DNA of 57,471 bases. Source: an uncultured Saprospiraceae bacterium. Its GTDB lineage: Bacteria; Bacteroidota; Bacteroidia; Chitinophagales; Saprospiraceae. How positions within the stretch are numbered: position 1 is the stretch's first letter; each line of letters opens with the position of its first letter. The stretch is from assembly GCA_937952155.1 (NCBI GenBank), contig CALFYH010000088.1, positions 1 to 57,471 of the forward strand, in the 5' to 3' direction. The position numbers and the translations under genes were made by a program. Below are positions 10,147 through 20,246 of the stretch, in pieces. The notes beneath the pieces were generated by a model. That model did no database searches. It was not told where the DNA came from and saw only the letters and a program-made list of their open reading frames with translations.

Positions 10147-10806
10147 TTAAAAAAATCGATTTATCCAAGAGGCAAATCCTTGCAGATTTCTGGTTTGAAG
10201 CCACACACGGCCGTCTCCTTCCACACGAGTGACAAGTCCTTCACCACTTGTTATTGATGATATAAATCCACCTGACATCTGAATTTTCAGGTTCAATTGC
10301 GGATCATACGCCACCAAATGTCCGGTATCCACGATCATTTCACCTTTCACTTGTCTTTCCATAATGCCACCAAATGCACCAAAAAGCACTTTGCCTTTTC
10401 CTGTTACCGATATCTTAAAAAGTCCTTCACCTGAAATAAATGAAACAAATCCAGCAAATTTTGTAGAGATATTTACACCAGGCTCACAAGCTACAAAAGC
10501 TGTGGGCTGGAGATTGATTGTCTCTCCATTCAGCTCATAACACACCAAAGATCCTGGTGTAGGCTGAGTCAATGTCATGCGTTGCTGATTGGATGTTTTA
10601 TTGATAAAATGATTGATGAAAAGCGATTCACCACCAAAAAATTTGCGTGTTAATCCCTTGATAAATCCACCATTCAATTTAGCAACCAAATCTATAGCTG
10701 ATGACATCGTAGCCATCGCACCAGACTCAGAAACGAGATATTCATTTGGCTCCAGATCTATCACTGCATAAGCGAAAGCCGGATTACCCTTGATTTCTAT
10801 ATTCAT
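10147..10806 (-). CDS. AIM24/TIGR00266 (DUF124) family protein, paralogue 1
   Basis: 219 aa with GGESLFINHF, ISGEGLFKISVTGKGKV, IVDTGHLVAYDPQLN and TSGEGLVTRVEGDGRVWLQT. Confidence 0.85.
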   Translation of the reverse strand: MNIEIKGNPAFAYAVIDLEPNEYLVSESGAMATMSSAIDLVAKLNGGFIKGLTRKFFGGESLFINHFINKTSNQQRMTLTQPTPGSLVCYELNGETINLQPTAFVACEPGVNISTKFAGFVSFISGEGLFKISVTGKGKVLFGAFGGIMERQVKGEMIVDTGHLVAYDPQLNLKIQMSGGFISSITSGEGLVTRVEGDGRVWLQTRNLQGFASWINRFF

Positions 10807-10844
10807 GTGAAAGTTATTTTATATGTTTGTTTTCTTTATTAATA

Positions 10845-10852
10845 CAAATGTA
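10845..10852 (-). promoter_or_regulatory. candidate -7 promoter box (TAnnTTTG) in the M48/AIM24 gap
   Basis: Plus strand reads CAAATGTA, which is TACATTTG on the minus strand. It lies 38 nt upstream of the AIM24 paralogue-1 ATG (10806), inside the 70-nt gap after the M48 stop. Confidence 0.35.
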
Positions 10853-10876
10853 GGAATAATTATCTATAAGCAAGAT

Positions 10877-11983
10877 CTAACATTCAGAATTTTTATCTAT
10901 TAATAAATTTCTGAATAAAATGTAATCCGACAAAATTATATATTCTGTTTTTGGCGCTTTGTCTTCCATCGTTTTGATGTTTTCGATCCTGTTTTCATTG
11001 CTAGGATGCGTGCTCAAAAACTGTGGAATGACAGAAGTTGCATCATCTTTGTGTTCTTCTGACAATTTTTCAAAAAATATTCGCAAACCAGAAGGATCAA
11101 TTTTTGCCATTTGCAAATATTCAAATCCTTTCGTATCTGACTCTGTCTCATATAATCTGGAATACTTAAGTCCTTCCATATTGGCACCAAAGCCCGTAAT
11201 AACGTCCGTCAAAACACTGCCATCACCAATTGCAATACTTATCAAAGTCCATATGCCATATCTGGAAAAAATACCTCTGGCATGATGTTTTTCGGTGACG
11301 TGAGCTACTTCATGCGCTGCAACACCAAGTACTTCTTCCCATGATTCTGCTTTTTGCAATAGTCCGACATTGAACACCATAATACCACCAGGTAAAGCAA
11401 AAGCGTTTATAGTGGTATCATTACTTATGTACACCCGAAATCCATAAGAAGAATCTATATTATTGGTGATCAACGCTACTTTTTCGCGTAGGATGGTCAA
11501 GGCTTGAGAAGAAGAATCGATATCTCCTGTGAGTGTAAGTTGTGTAAGATATGATTTCCCAATGGTTTTTTCGAGACTATAAGGTACTTTTTCAGCCATT
11601 TGTCTCACTATTGTGCTCCGATTATAAATTATCATACCAATGAAAATACCAAATAAAAGGAATCCTGCTGCGAGAAATATTTTTGTCTTTCTGAAACTTG
11701 ATACCGCTTTTCTCTTTTGCGCTTGGAGACCTTGATTATTTTCAAAAAATGGATGTGCCAAAATAGACTTATCTGCAGTAGAAAATGCATACTTATTATC
11801 CTTAGATTTGATAAAAATCTGTCTATTCGCAGTACCTCCAAAATCCAGTTCCAATTCATTTTTGTACAATGAAATAGTCTGCCCAGACGATGTAAATGTC
11901 AGAGTCGTGCCTGTGAGGCTGATTTTACCGGAAATCCTTCCGTCTTCCCAACCTTCATGATATGCTATCGCCTTGTAATGCAT
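10877..11983 (-). CDS. M48 family zinc metalloprotease with N-terminal soluble domain and one TM helix
   Basis: 368 aa. It has the HEXXH motif AAHEVAHVTEKHH and a downstream ETESDTKG (Glu ligand region). One TM helix (IFLAAGFLLFGIFIGMIIY) follows a beta-rich N-terminal domain of about 100 aa. Confidence 0.85.
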   Translation of the reverse strand: MHYKAIAYHEGWEDGRISGKISLTGTTLTFTSSGQTISLYKNELELDFGGTANRQIFIKSKDNKYAFSTADKSILAHPFFENNQGLQAQKRKAVSSFRKTKIFLAAGFLLFGIFIGMIIYNRSTIVRQMAEKVPYSLEKTIGKSYLTQLTLTGDIDSSSQALTILREKVALITNNIDSSYGFRVYISNDTTINAFALPGGIMVFNVGLLQKAESWEEVLGVAAHEVAHVTEKHHARGIFSRYGIWTLISIAIGDGSVLTDVITGFGANMEGLKYSRLYETESDTKGFEYLQMAKIDPSGLRIFFEKLSEEHKDDATSVIPQFLSTHPSNENRIENIKTMEDKAPKTEYIILSDYILFRNLLIDKNSEC

Positions 11984-12034
11984 TATAGTAATTTTTTGGT
12001 TAAAAAATCGACGTTTTTATTTAATGAAGAGACA

Positions 12035-13708
12035 TCAAAACAAACCAGTCACTTTACCATTTTCGTCGATGTCTATGTGTTCAGCGCTAGGAATGGCTGG
12101 CAGACCAGGCATGCGCATGACATCACCAAGTAAAGGTATCACAAATCCTGCTCCTGCTGAGTATTCAAATTCCCGTACTGTAATTTTAAATCCTGTAGGG
12201 CGACCTATTTTTTTCTCATCATCAGAAAAACTAGCTGGTGTTTTTACCATACATACAGGAAATTCATTAAATCCCAATTTGGTAATTTGAGACAATTGAG
12301 ACTTTGCTTTCGATGAAAATTCCACACCATCAGCTCCATAAATTTCTGTCGCGATGGTTTTGATTTTGTGCTCGATACTATCAGCCAGTTTGTACAATGG
12401 TTGGAAGTTGTTTTTACCACTTTCTATACTTTCGACGACAGCTTTGGCTAATTCAGAAGATCCTTTTCCACCATGAGCAAATGCAGTACTTACCACAGCT
12501 TTGACGCCTTTTTCAGCACAAAGTTTTTTAACTATTTCATACTCTTCTTCCGTATCGGTTGGGAAAGCATTTATGGCTACAACGGGATTAATACCGAGTT
12601 TTTGGACGTTTTCTATATGTTTTTCAAGATTGCAAAATCCCTTACATACTGCATCTGGATTTGCTGCTGTAAGATTATCTTTATCTACGCGGCCATGATG
12701 TTTGAGCGCTCTCACCGTGGCAACAACAACAGCTGCATCAGGTCTCAAGCCCGATGATACACATTTGATATGAAGAAATTTTTCAGCACCAAGATCGGCA
12801 CCAAAACCAGCTTCTGTGACCACAAAATCGCCCAAACTCAAGCCTGTACGAGTGGCAATTACCGTATTGGTTCCTTGCGCAATACTCGCAAATGGGCCAC
12901 CATGCAAGATCGCAGGATTGCCTTCGAGCGATTGTACCAAGTTAGGTTTTATAGCATCCTTTAATAAAACAGTCATCGCACCGACCGCTTTCAGATCACG
13001 GGCAAATACTGGTTTCCCGTCATAAGTTTGTCCTATGTAAATATTGCCAAGTCGATGTTTCAGGTCTTCGAGGTCATTAGAAAGGCACAAGATAGCCATG
13101 ACTTCAGAAGCAGGAGTGATATTGAATCCATCTTCGCGCATGATACCATTTGCCTTACCACCGATGCCGATGATAATTTGTCTTAATGATCGATCATTCA
13201 TATCCATGACCCGTTTCCAAGCTACCGTACGTGGGTCGATATTCAGACTATATTGTTTGTTTTGAATGTTGTTGTCTATTAGTGCAGACAGTAGATTATT
13301 TGCTTTCTCTATCGCCGAAAAGTCTCCTGTAAAATGCAGATTGATATCTTCCATAGGAATGACCTGGGAATATCCGCCACCTGCAGCGCCACCTTTGACT
13401 CCAAACACAGGACCTAATGATGGCTCTCGTAACACAGCAATGGATTTATGGCCATTGTAATTTAGACCATCAGAAAGTCCAATAGTCATGGTAGTTTTGC
13501 CTTCGCCGTATTTGGTTGGAGACAGCGCAGTTACCAATATTAGTTTACCTTTGGGATCCTTTTTTTGTAGGTTTAAGGGCAATTTTGCTTTATATTTTCC
13601 ATAATATTCCAACTCGTCTTCATCAATATCTAGTTTTGCAGCTATATGTTTGATGTGTTGAATTTTTGCTTGCTGTGCGATCTCAATATCGCTAGGAAAT
13701 GTGGCCAT
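12035..13708 (-). CDS. fhs: formate--tetrahydrofolate ligase
   Basis: 557 aa with PTKYGEGKTTMTIGL and EPSLGPVFGVKGGAAGGGYSQV. Resemblance to FTHFS runs end to end. Confidence 0.97.
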   Translation of the reverse strand: MATFPSDIEIAQQAKIQHIKHIAAKLDIDEDELEYYGKYKAKLPLNLQKKDPKGKLILVTALSPTKYGEGKTTMTIGLSDGLNYNGHKSIAVLREPSLGPVFGVKGGAAGGGYSQVIPMEDINLHFTGDFSAIEKANNLLSALIDNNIQNKQYSLNIDPRTVAWKRVMDMNDRSLRQIIIGIGGKANGIMREDGFNITPASEVMAILCLSNDLEDLKHRLGNIYIGQTYDGKPVFARDLKAVGAMTVLLKDAIKPNLVQSLEGNPAILHGGPFASIAQGTNTVIATRTGLSLGDFVVTEAGFGADLGAEKFLHIKCVSSGLRPDAAVVVATVRALKHHGRVDKDNLTAANPDAVCKGFCNLEKHIENVQKLGINPVVAINAFPTDTEEEYEIVKKLCAEKGVKAVVSTAFAHGGKGSSELAKAVVESIESGKNNFQPLYKLADSIEHKIKTIATEIYGADGVEFSSKAKSQLSQITKLGFNEFPVCMVKTPASFSDDEKKIGRPTGFKITVREFEYSAGAGFVIPLLGDVMRMPGLPAIPSAEHIDIDENGKVTGLF

Positions 13709-13793
13709 ATTTTTTATTGATTAGGACTGCAAATATGGTGAAATTAATTGACGATTCGAATAATATTCATTACATATTTTCTATCGTTTTGAG

Positions 13794-16097
13794 CTATGAT
13801 GTTTCATTATTTTTTAAACTTGCGCGATATATCTTCAATTCGCCAAAAGTAAAAGCATCACCTGATTTTTCTTTCATTTCAGTGAGTGATCCACCTTGAT
13901 ATCCTTCAAAAAGCAAGTCAAGCATCCTGATCTTTTCATCTTCTAAGATGTCGTGAACAGACAGTCTATCTTCTTCGATGAGCCTAGCCATGTGTGATTC
14001 GATCGTTGTTGCAGAGAGTTTTCTTTCTCGAGCGATGTCGGATAAAGATTTTTTTTCATTCCATAATTCAAATGTGATTTCGTAGGTAGATTTTTTATCC
14101 TTCTGAACCGTTTTTGGCTTTTTATATCTAGTTGACAATTTATCATAATCGACCATATCTTCTTCAACCAATTCCCATTTTTGACTTATATATTCGGCTT
14201 TAATTGAAGTAACCTTATCTAAGCGATAGTTTTTGATAAAATCATTTGTAAGGCTTGCCTTATTTATTTCTCCTCCTTCAATATATGTTTTTAATAATAA
14301 ATTAGATCTGGTGATATCTATGATGGCTTTTAATGTGATTTCTTCCAGTTCCATCAGTTCGGTATAGTATTCTTTCACGCGTTTCACACGTTTTAGCGCT
14401 TCCATTTTGGTCAATACCTGATCAAGGACTGTATCAAGAACAGGAAAGAAGTGATCGCGAGCACCGATAATTTTCGCATAAATCCGATCATAGTCAATTG
14501 GATTTTCTGCAAATGACGCATCGAGCCACATTAGAAACTTTTTAGCAACGGTTGCTATTTGTTCGATGTTTTGTACTTGCTCTTTTGCCCAACTAGCATG
14601 TTTTGTTTTTTCAGATAGCGCAGCATTGATATCGTATGAAGACCCATGTTTTCGCCATTGATATATAAGAGGAGAAAAATCAAAAGCTTGTTTCAGATAC
14701 GATGCAATAAATTTTTTGGTTTCGTCAGTCAGTGTTTGTTTTAGTTTTTCTTCGTCTGCTTCATTTTCGGCAAACGAGATGACATCACGCGCATTTTGTA
14801 TTCCTTTCATTTTTATAGGCTCGACTAGAACAAGGCCATCCAAGCTCTTAAGTCTCGACAGCGCTACATATGCTTGCCCTGGTTGGAATACATCGGTCAC
14901 ATCAAGCACTGCTTTTTCGAATGTGAGGCCTTGACTTTTGTGAATGGTGATAGCCCAAGCCAATTTGATCGGATACTGAACAAACGTTCCAATCACTTCT
15001 TCTTCTATATCTTTGGTATTGTCGTCTATTTTATATTTGACATTAGACCACTCGTATTTTTCTACCTGAATTTCGGTGTTTTCATCTGGAAAATGAACGA
15101 TAATTTCTTCCTTTGAAAGTGATTTTATTACGCCCATTTTCCCATTATAAAATAGTTTTTGTGGAGTAATGTCGTTTTTGGTAAACATGATCTGAGCTCC
15201 GACTTTGAGTGTCAAAACTTCTTCAATAGGAAATATTTTATCTGGAAATTCTCCTTCAATTTCGGCTTTATAACTATATGGTTTTTCAGTAAGATTATTG
15301 AGAGACCTGAGATTGATTTCGTCTGCTTTGCGATTGTGCGTGGTTAGATATATGTATCCTTGGTGTTTTCTAAGGTCAAAATCTGGTTTTACATATTTGC
15401 TGAGAATAGAAATATCTTCCTCTACTGCGATGTTGTTACGCAGATTGTTAAGTACACTTATGAATCGGTCATCCACTTGCCGGTATATCTTTTTTAGCTC
15501 CACATATAGAGGTACTAACTTTTGAATTACATTGGCATGAAAAAAGAAAATTCCTTTATAATAATTTTGCAAGACTTGCCATTCTTCAGGTTTTACCACC
15601 GGTGGAAGTTGCAAGAGATCGCCTATAAATAATACTTGTACACCTCCAAAAGGCTGCTCTCTACGGCGTACGCGACGCATCACAAAATCCATAGCATCCA
15701 ACAAGTCAGCCCTCAACATACTTACTTCGTCTATGACCAATAAATCCATCGCCTTCAGGACAGCTTGTCGAGCACCACTGATCTTGAATGTACGACCCAA
15801 TGATGAAATAGATTCTAATCTAATCGAAGATGAAGGATCAGGAGAAAACGCAGGATCGGGTACATATCCAGATGGTGCCAACTGAAACATCGAATGAATG
15901 GTAACGCCACCAGCATTCAAGGCTGCGATACCTGTGGGTGCAACGACGATGGTATTTTTATGGGTTGTATTTATGATTTTTTTTAAAAGCGTCGTTTTTC
16001 CAGTTCCTGCTTTTCCCGTAAGAAAAACGGATTGATTAGTTTGATTTATAAGTTTGATGACATCCGCTTGGATATCATTTAAAGATTCAATTTTCAC
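13794..16097 (-). CDS. Pif1/RecD-like SF1B DNA helicase with C-terminal helix-turn-helix domain
   Basis: 767 aa. Motifs are Walker A GKAGTGKTT, Walker B LVIDEVSML, FIGDLLQLPPV and TIHKSQGLTF. The C-terminal HTH-like tail reads LSDIARERKLSATTIESHMARLI. The GTG start is forced, because no in-frame ATG precedes Walker A. Confidence 0.85.
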   Translation of the reverse strand: MKIESLNDIQADVIKLINQTNQSVFLTGKAGTGKTTLLKKIINTTHKNTIVVAPTGIAALNAGGVTIHSMFQLAPSGYVPDPAFSPDPSSSIRLESISSLGRTFKISGARQAVLKAMDLLVIDEVSMLRADLLDAMDFVMRRVRRREQPFGGVQVLFIGDLLQLPPVVKPEEWQVLQNYYKGIFFFHANVIQKLVPLYVELKKIYRQVDDRFISVLNNLRNNIAVEEDISILSKYVKPDFDLRKHQGYIYLTTHNRKADEINLRSLNNLTEKPYSYKAEIEGEFPDKIFPIEEVLTLKVGAQIMFTKNDITPQKLFYNGKMGVIKSLSKEEIIVHFPDENTEIQVEKYEWSNVKYKIDDNTKDIEEEVIGTFVQYPIKLAWAITIHKSQGLTFEKAVLDVTDVFQPGQAYVALSRLKSLDGLVLVEPIKMKGIQNARDVISFAENEADEEKLKQTLTDETKKFIASYLKQAFDFSPLIYQWRKHGSSYDINAALSEKTKHASWAKEQVQNIEQIATVAKKFLMWLDASFAENPIDYDRIYAKIIGARDHFFPVLDTVLDQVLTKMEALKRVKRVKEYYTELMELEEITLKAIIDITRSNLLLKTYIEGGEINKASLTNDFIKNYRLDKVTSIKAEYISQKWELVEEDMVDYDKLSTRYKKPKTVQKDKKSTYEITFELWNEKKSLSDIARERKLSATTIESHMARLIEEDRLSVHDILEDEKIRMLDLLFEGYQGGSLTEMKEKSGDAFTFGELKIYRASLKNNETS

Positions 16098-16099
16098 TT

Positions 16100-16753
16100 T
16101 TATGTAGATTTTTGTTCTATGACGCCTCTTACGATTAGGTACTGACCTATCATATAAGTTGCCATGATTAGGTATTTAAATATATTTTCATTGAAATTTC
16201 CAAATTTTGTCAATGCGATAAGACTATCCGAAAGTAAAAAAAGTATAACTCCGATGATCACTTGTTTATGCCATGAAATATCTGGTTTTCTATTGATCGC
16301 TGTAATCACCATGGTGCAAATAGCCAATGTATATATGATGACTGGAATTCTCAAACTGCCAAGATCCTGCCATAACCAGCCAATTATACTAGTGGCGACG
16401 AGAAGGATCACAGTAGTAATAGTTGTCACTTTCTGCGAATTGTGTTGACGATCTTGATAAAAATTAAATGCGTAACCTATTTGCATGATTAAAAAGCTTC
16501 CAAGTCCTAACAGAAAAAAGTCATCGCCATCGATCATCAAAAAAATATCGCCCAGTAAAGCAAAAATCATTGCCAAAATAAAACTTGGAGATTGTTTGGT
16601 AACGGTACCAATATAAAATCCGATCAAACTACCCATTATCAGCGGTTTGGCTACCATTCTGTATTCTGTTAGTATAGTAAAAAACAACAGGTTCGCAATG
16701 ATTACCAATCCATAAAAAATAGTAAAACCCTTATATTTTTTAAATAGATCCAT
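16100..16753 (-). CDS. YhhN family membrane protein (lysoplasmalogenase-like)
   Basis: 217 aa with about 7 TM segments. It has the paired YhhN-type motifs ALLGDIFLM and FLLSDSLIA. Its stop lies 2 nt from the helicase GTG. Confidence 0.7.
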   Translation of the reverse strand: MDLFKKYKGFTIFYGLVIIANLLFFTILTEYRMVAKPLIMGSLIGFYIGTVTKQSPSFILAMIFALLGDIFLMIDGDDFFLLGLGSFLIMQIGYAFNFYQDRQHNSQKVTTITTVILLVATSIIGWLWQDLGSLRIPVIIYTLAICTMVITAINRKPDISWHKQVIIGVILFLLSDSLIALTKFGNFNENIFKYLIMATYMIGQYLIVRGVIEQKST

Positions 16754-16791
16754 TTCCCTTTTTATTAATTAATAGCAAAAATGCTAACTAT

Positions 16792-18606
16792 TTACTTGAC
16801 GTCATGCATCAATTTTTTTACAATTGGTCTGAAAACAACTGCAAAGATGGCCAATGCAAATGATACGCCAGCAAGCATCCAAAAGAAATAACTTATTCCT
16901 TTTTCCTCGGCGATTGCTTGGACATTTTCACCAAAAATACCAGCACCTTTCATACCGATAGCCACTGCAAGATACCAAACTCCAAACATAAACGCAATCA
17001 TACGGCTAGGCACAAGCTTGCTCACATATGATAGGCCTACTGGCGAAATGCACAGTTCTCCCATGGTGTGGAAAAGATAAACCAGAATCAGCCAAATCAT
17101 ACTAACAGAAGCTGTCGTGGCTCCAGGTGCTATACCATTAGACCCAAAAGCAACGGCAACCATACCCAAACTTAAAAAAATCATTCCTAATGCATATTTG
17201 AAGTTTGCATTCGGGTTGTATTTACTTTCCCATACCTTAGAAAATAACGGTGCAAGAGAAATTATAAACAGGGAATTTAACGTAGAAAACCACGTGGCAG
17301 GTACTTCTGTCAATGGCGTCGTGACTTTATCAATTTTTAAAGCATCCAATACACCATTTGATAAACTTAGGTAACCAGCAGTATAATAATCTTTCGCCAA
17401 CATCCATAATGCAATAATCCAAATGATGACAAAACTAAAACTCAAGATAATATTGGCAACCGCATATTTCTTAAATGTCTCCTTAAATAACTTAAACATG
17501 ACCCAGTTGATTATAAGTAATGGAACCACGGTCATCATTGAGTTTATAATTAAAAAAATCAAACTGGCATTACCTGTCAATACCCTATCGGTATATTTTT
17601 CGGCAAAAACAGTCAAACTATTCGGAGATTGCTCAAATATAGCCCAGAAGAAGATGGTAATGAATGCAAAAAAAGTGACAGCCATCAGCTTTTCTCTCGT
17701 AATTTTCGAATATTGCATCAGCCTATACACCAATAGAAATAAAAACAGCACTAAACCTGTGAGTATGGCAACCGTATTACCGGAATAGCCCATTAACTCA
17801 AAATTAAAAATATTAAGTGCGCCTTTGGATATCTTAGTCATAGGCGAGTTGATAAGCCAAGCCATAGCTAATGTAACACATATTCCGATGATGACCAATT
17901 GCCACGTCTGAAACGGATTTCTTTTGTCACCATCATTGAGGGCAGCTTCATCTATTTTCTTCTGTACCGGTTTTAGTCCGGTTTCTCCAAAGATATTTTG
18001 TGCAAGCCAAAACTGAAGTGTACCAAAAAACATAAAAATTCCAGCCAATCCAAATCCATATCCCCAACCAACTTTTTCGCCTAAGTATCCGCATAACAAA
18101 ATTCCAAAAAAGGCACCTGCATTGACACCCATATAAAAAATGGTATATGCACCATCTTTTTTCTCGGGTTTGTATTTATATAATTCAGAGATCATAGATG
18201 TCATATTGGGTTTGAAAAATCCATTACCAAATACTAATAAAATCAGGCCTAAATAAATGGAAAATTGGGTTTCAAAAGACATTGAAAAATGGCCTAATGT
18301 CATCAAAGACGCACCCAAGACTACGGCCCATCGAAAACCTATGACCTTGTCCGCAAAGTATCCGCCGAGCATGGTAGAAAGATACACTAATCCCACATAA
18401 GTACCGAACAATGAAGAAGCAGTAGATTGCTCCCATTCCCAGCCACCTTTTACTAAAGGAGCCATAAAAAATAGGACTAACAACGAACGCATTCCATAAA
18501 ATGAAAATCGCTCCCACATTTCAGTGAAAAACAGGACAAACAAACCTGCCGGATGACCTATAACATTAGATTTGAAAAACTCCTGATTTGATGATTGATC
18601 TGACAT
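16792..18606 (-). CDS. POT/PTR2 family di-/tripeptide:proton symporter (paralogue 3 in transcription order)
   Basis: 604 aa, polytopic. It has the PTR2 signature EMWERFSFYGMRSLL and the FYMGVNAGAF motif. Confidence 0.9.
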   Translation of the reverse strand: MSDQSSNQEFFKSNVIGHPAGLFVLFFTEMWERFSFYGMRSLLVLFFMAPLVKGGWEWEQSTASSLFGTYVGLVYLSTMLGGYFADKVIGFRWAVVLGASLMTLGHFSMSFETQFSIYLGLILLVFGNGFFKPNMTSMISELYKYKPEKKDGAYTIFYMGVNAGAFFGILLCGYLGEKVGWGYGFGLAGIFMFFGTLQFWLAQNIFGETGLKPVQKKIDEAALNDGDKRNPFQTWQLVIIGICVTLAMAWLINSPMTKISKGALNIFNFELMGYSGNTVAILTGLVLFLFLLVYRLMQYSKITREKLMAVTFFAFITIFFWAIFEQSPNSLTVFAEKYTDRVLTGNASLIFLIINSMMTVVPLLIINWVMFKLFKETFKKYAVANIILSFSFVIIWIIALWMLAKDYYTAGYLSLSNGVLDALKIDKVTTPLTEVPATWFSTLNSLFIISLAPLFSKVWESKYNPNANFKYALGMIFLSLGMVAVAFGSNGIAPGATTASVSMIWLILVYLFHTMGELCISPVGLSYVSKLVPSRMIAFMFGVWYLAVAIGMKGAGIFGENVQAIAEEKGISYFFWMLAGVSFALAIFAVVFRPIVKKLMHDVK

Positions 18607-18655
18607 GTCTATATATTTTAAAAAATGTTTTTATTTCTTTATTTTGTATGATGTC

Positions 18656-20158
18656 TTATTTGACTTCTTGCATCAATTTTTTTACGAATGGCGAGATGAC
18701 AATTAGTACGACACCTGCGATCAAAGCATACACCGCAAGTTGGTAATATCCATCTGCGTAGGTGTTCAATTTGGTAAGATTGTCGGCATTTTCAGCAGCA
18801 TCGGAGATATTTGCCCCGAGGATTCCTGCAAAATACTGACCATATGCACTCGCCAAAAACCACATTCCCATCATTATAGCTTGCAATCTCTGTGGTGCCA
18901 GTTTTGTCATGATCGACATACCTATCGGCGAAAGACATAATTCTCCAAAGGTAATCACCAGCCACCCAAAGGTAAACAAATCGAGCGAAGTAACGCCATT
19001 GGCATCTGCAAAAAACCTTGTTGTATAAAATATATAAAATCCACCTGCCAAAAACAGAAATGCCAGACCGAATTTTATCAACGTGTTTGGTTCCAGATTT
19101 CTCTTGGCAAGCCATATCCAAACAATGCCCACGAGAGCCGCAAACATAATTACAAAAAGTGAATTAGCAGAGTTATTTACACCATTCGGATCTAAGGTCA
19201 ATCCAAGCACTGTATTGTCAAGATTATAGGCTGCAAACAAACTTAGTGAGCCACCACTTTGCTCAAAAAATGCCCAAAAAATGATACTAAAGAAAATAAA
19301 AACTAATCCTGCGATCATCTTTTTGCGATCAGAATCATTCATTTTCATCATTTCATACCCTAAATATATCAATGTGGCTGGACCAATAGTGTACATAAAA
19401 TAGTTAGTATATTCAGTTTTGGATACCATCGTCATGATTACAGGCAACAATATCAACGATATAATATATGTGCCCCATTCCCACATTTTCCTTTTATTGG
19501 CGTCCATTGATGCAAGTGGTGATAATCCGATATTTCCGATTTGCTTTTGAGTCCTAATGAAGGTAAGCAAACTAATAACCATCACTACTGCCGCAAAACC
19601 AAATGCCACGTTCCATCGTAAATTTTCGGGAATAAAGCTGCTAAACATCTCGCCTTTGCCTACTGCGATACAAAGATATCCGCCTAGTAACGCACCTATA
19701 TTGATACCTGCATAGAATAAAGAAAATCCTGCATCACGCCGTACATCGCCTTCCTTGTACAATTGTCCTACCATCGTAGATATATTGGGCTTGAAAAATC
19801 CCGTACCTATTATGGTAAAACTGATACCAAAAAAGAAAAATGCTTTTGGGTCGTATGCCAATATCATACTTCCTATAATCATAAGAATGCCGCCCCAAAA
19901 TAATGACTTCCTATATCCCAAGATTTTATCTGCAAATAGTCCACCTATAAAGGTAAAAGCATAAACAAATGCCTGCGTAGCGCCGTATTGCAAATTAGCT
20001 TTTGATTCATTTAGCATTAGCTCAGTCACCATAAAGTACACCAGCATTCCACGCATTCCATAAAAACAAAATCTTTCCCACATTTCGGAGAAGAATAATG
20101 GCCAAATCTGTTTTGGATACTTTCCTTCAAAATTTTGTATTTGGTCCAAAGTTGTCAT
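18656..20158 (-). CDS. POT/PTR2 family di-/tripeptide:proton symporter (paralogue 2)
   Basis: 500 aa with EMWERFCFYGMRGML and FYAGINIGALLG. Confidence 0.9.
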   Translation of the reverse strand: MTTLDQIQNFEGKYPKQIWPLFFSEMWERFCFYGMRGMLVYFMVTELMLNESKANLQYGATQAFVYAFTFIGGLFADKILGYRKSLFWGGILMIIGSMILAYDPKAFFFFGISFTIIGTGFFKPNISTMVGQLYKEGDVRRDAGFSLFYAGINIGALLGGYLCIAVGKGEMFSSFIPENLRWNVAFGFAAVVMVISLLTFIRTQKQIGNIGLSPLASMDANKRKMWEWGTYIISLILLPVIMTMVSKTEYTNYFMYTIGPATLIYLGYEMMKMNDSDRKKMIAGLVFIFFSIIFWAFFEQSGGSLSLFAAYNLDNTVLGLTLDPNGVNNSANSLFVIMFAALVGIVWIWLAKRNLEPNTLIKFGLAFLFLAGGFYIFYTTRFFADANGVTSLDLFTFGWLVITFGELCLSPIGMSIMTKLAPQRLQAIMMGMWFLASAYGQYFAGILGANISDAAENADNLTKLNTYADGYYQLAVYALIAGVVLIVISPFVKKLMQEVK

Positions 20159-20182
20159 GATTTAGTGTTTTAAATTTTTTTA

Positions 20183-20221
20183 AAATCAAAAAGGACAAGA
20201 TCTATGACGATACCTGTCCTT
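20183..20221 (-). terminator. weak candidate rho-independent terminator after the first POT gene
   Basis: A 7-bp stem (plus strand AAGGACA 20191-20197 / TGTCCTT 20215-20221) closes a 17-nt loop. On the minus strand it is followed by TTTGATTTT. The stem is short and the loop long, so support is weak. Confidence 0.3.
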
Positions 20222-20246
20222 CCTTATTTTATTATGTTAAATATTT

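Noticed and set aside
12024-13460. Series of 64-94-aa plus-strand ORFs inside the fhs locus
   Set aside because: All are antisense to a full-length, highly conserved formate-tetrahydrofolate ligase frame. None has motifs or start context.
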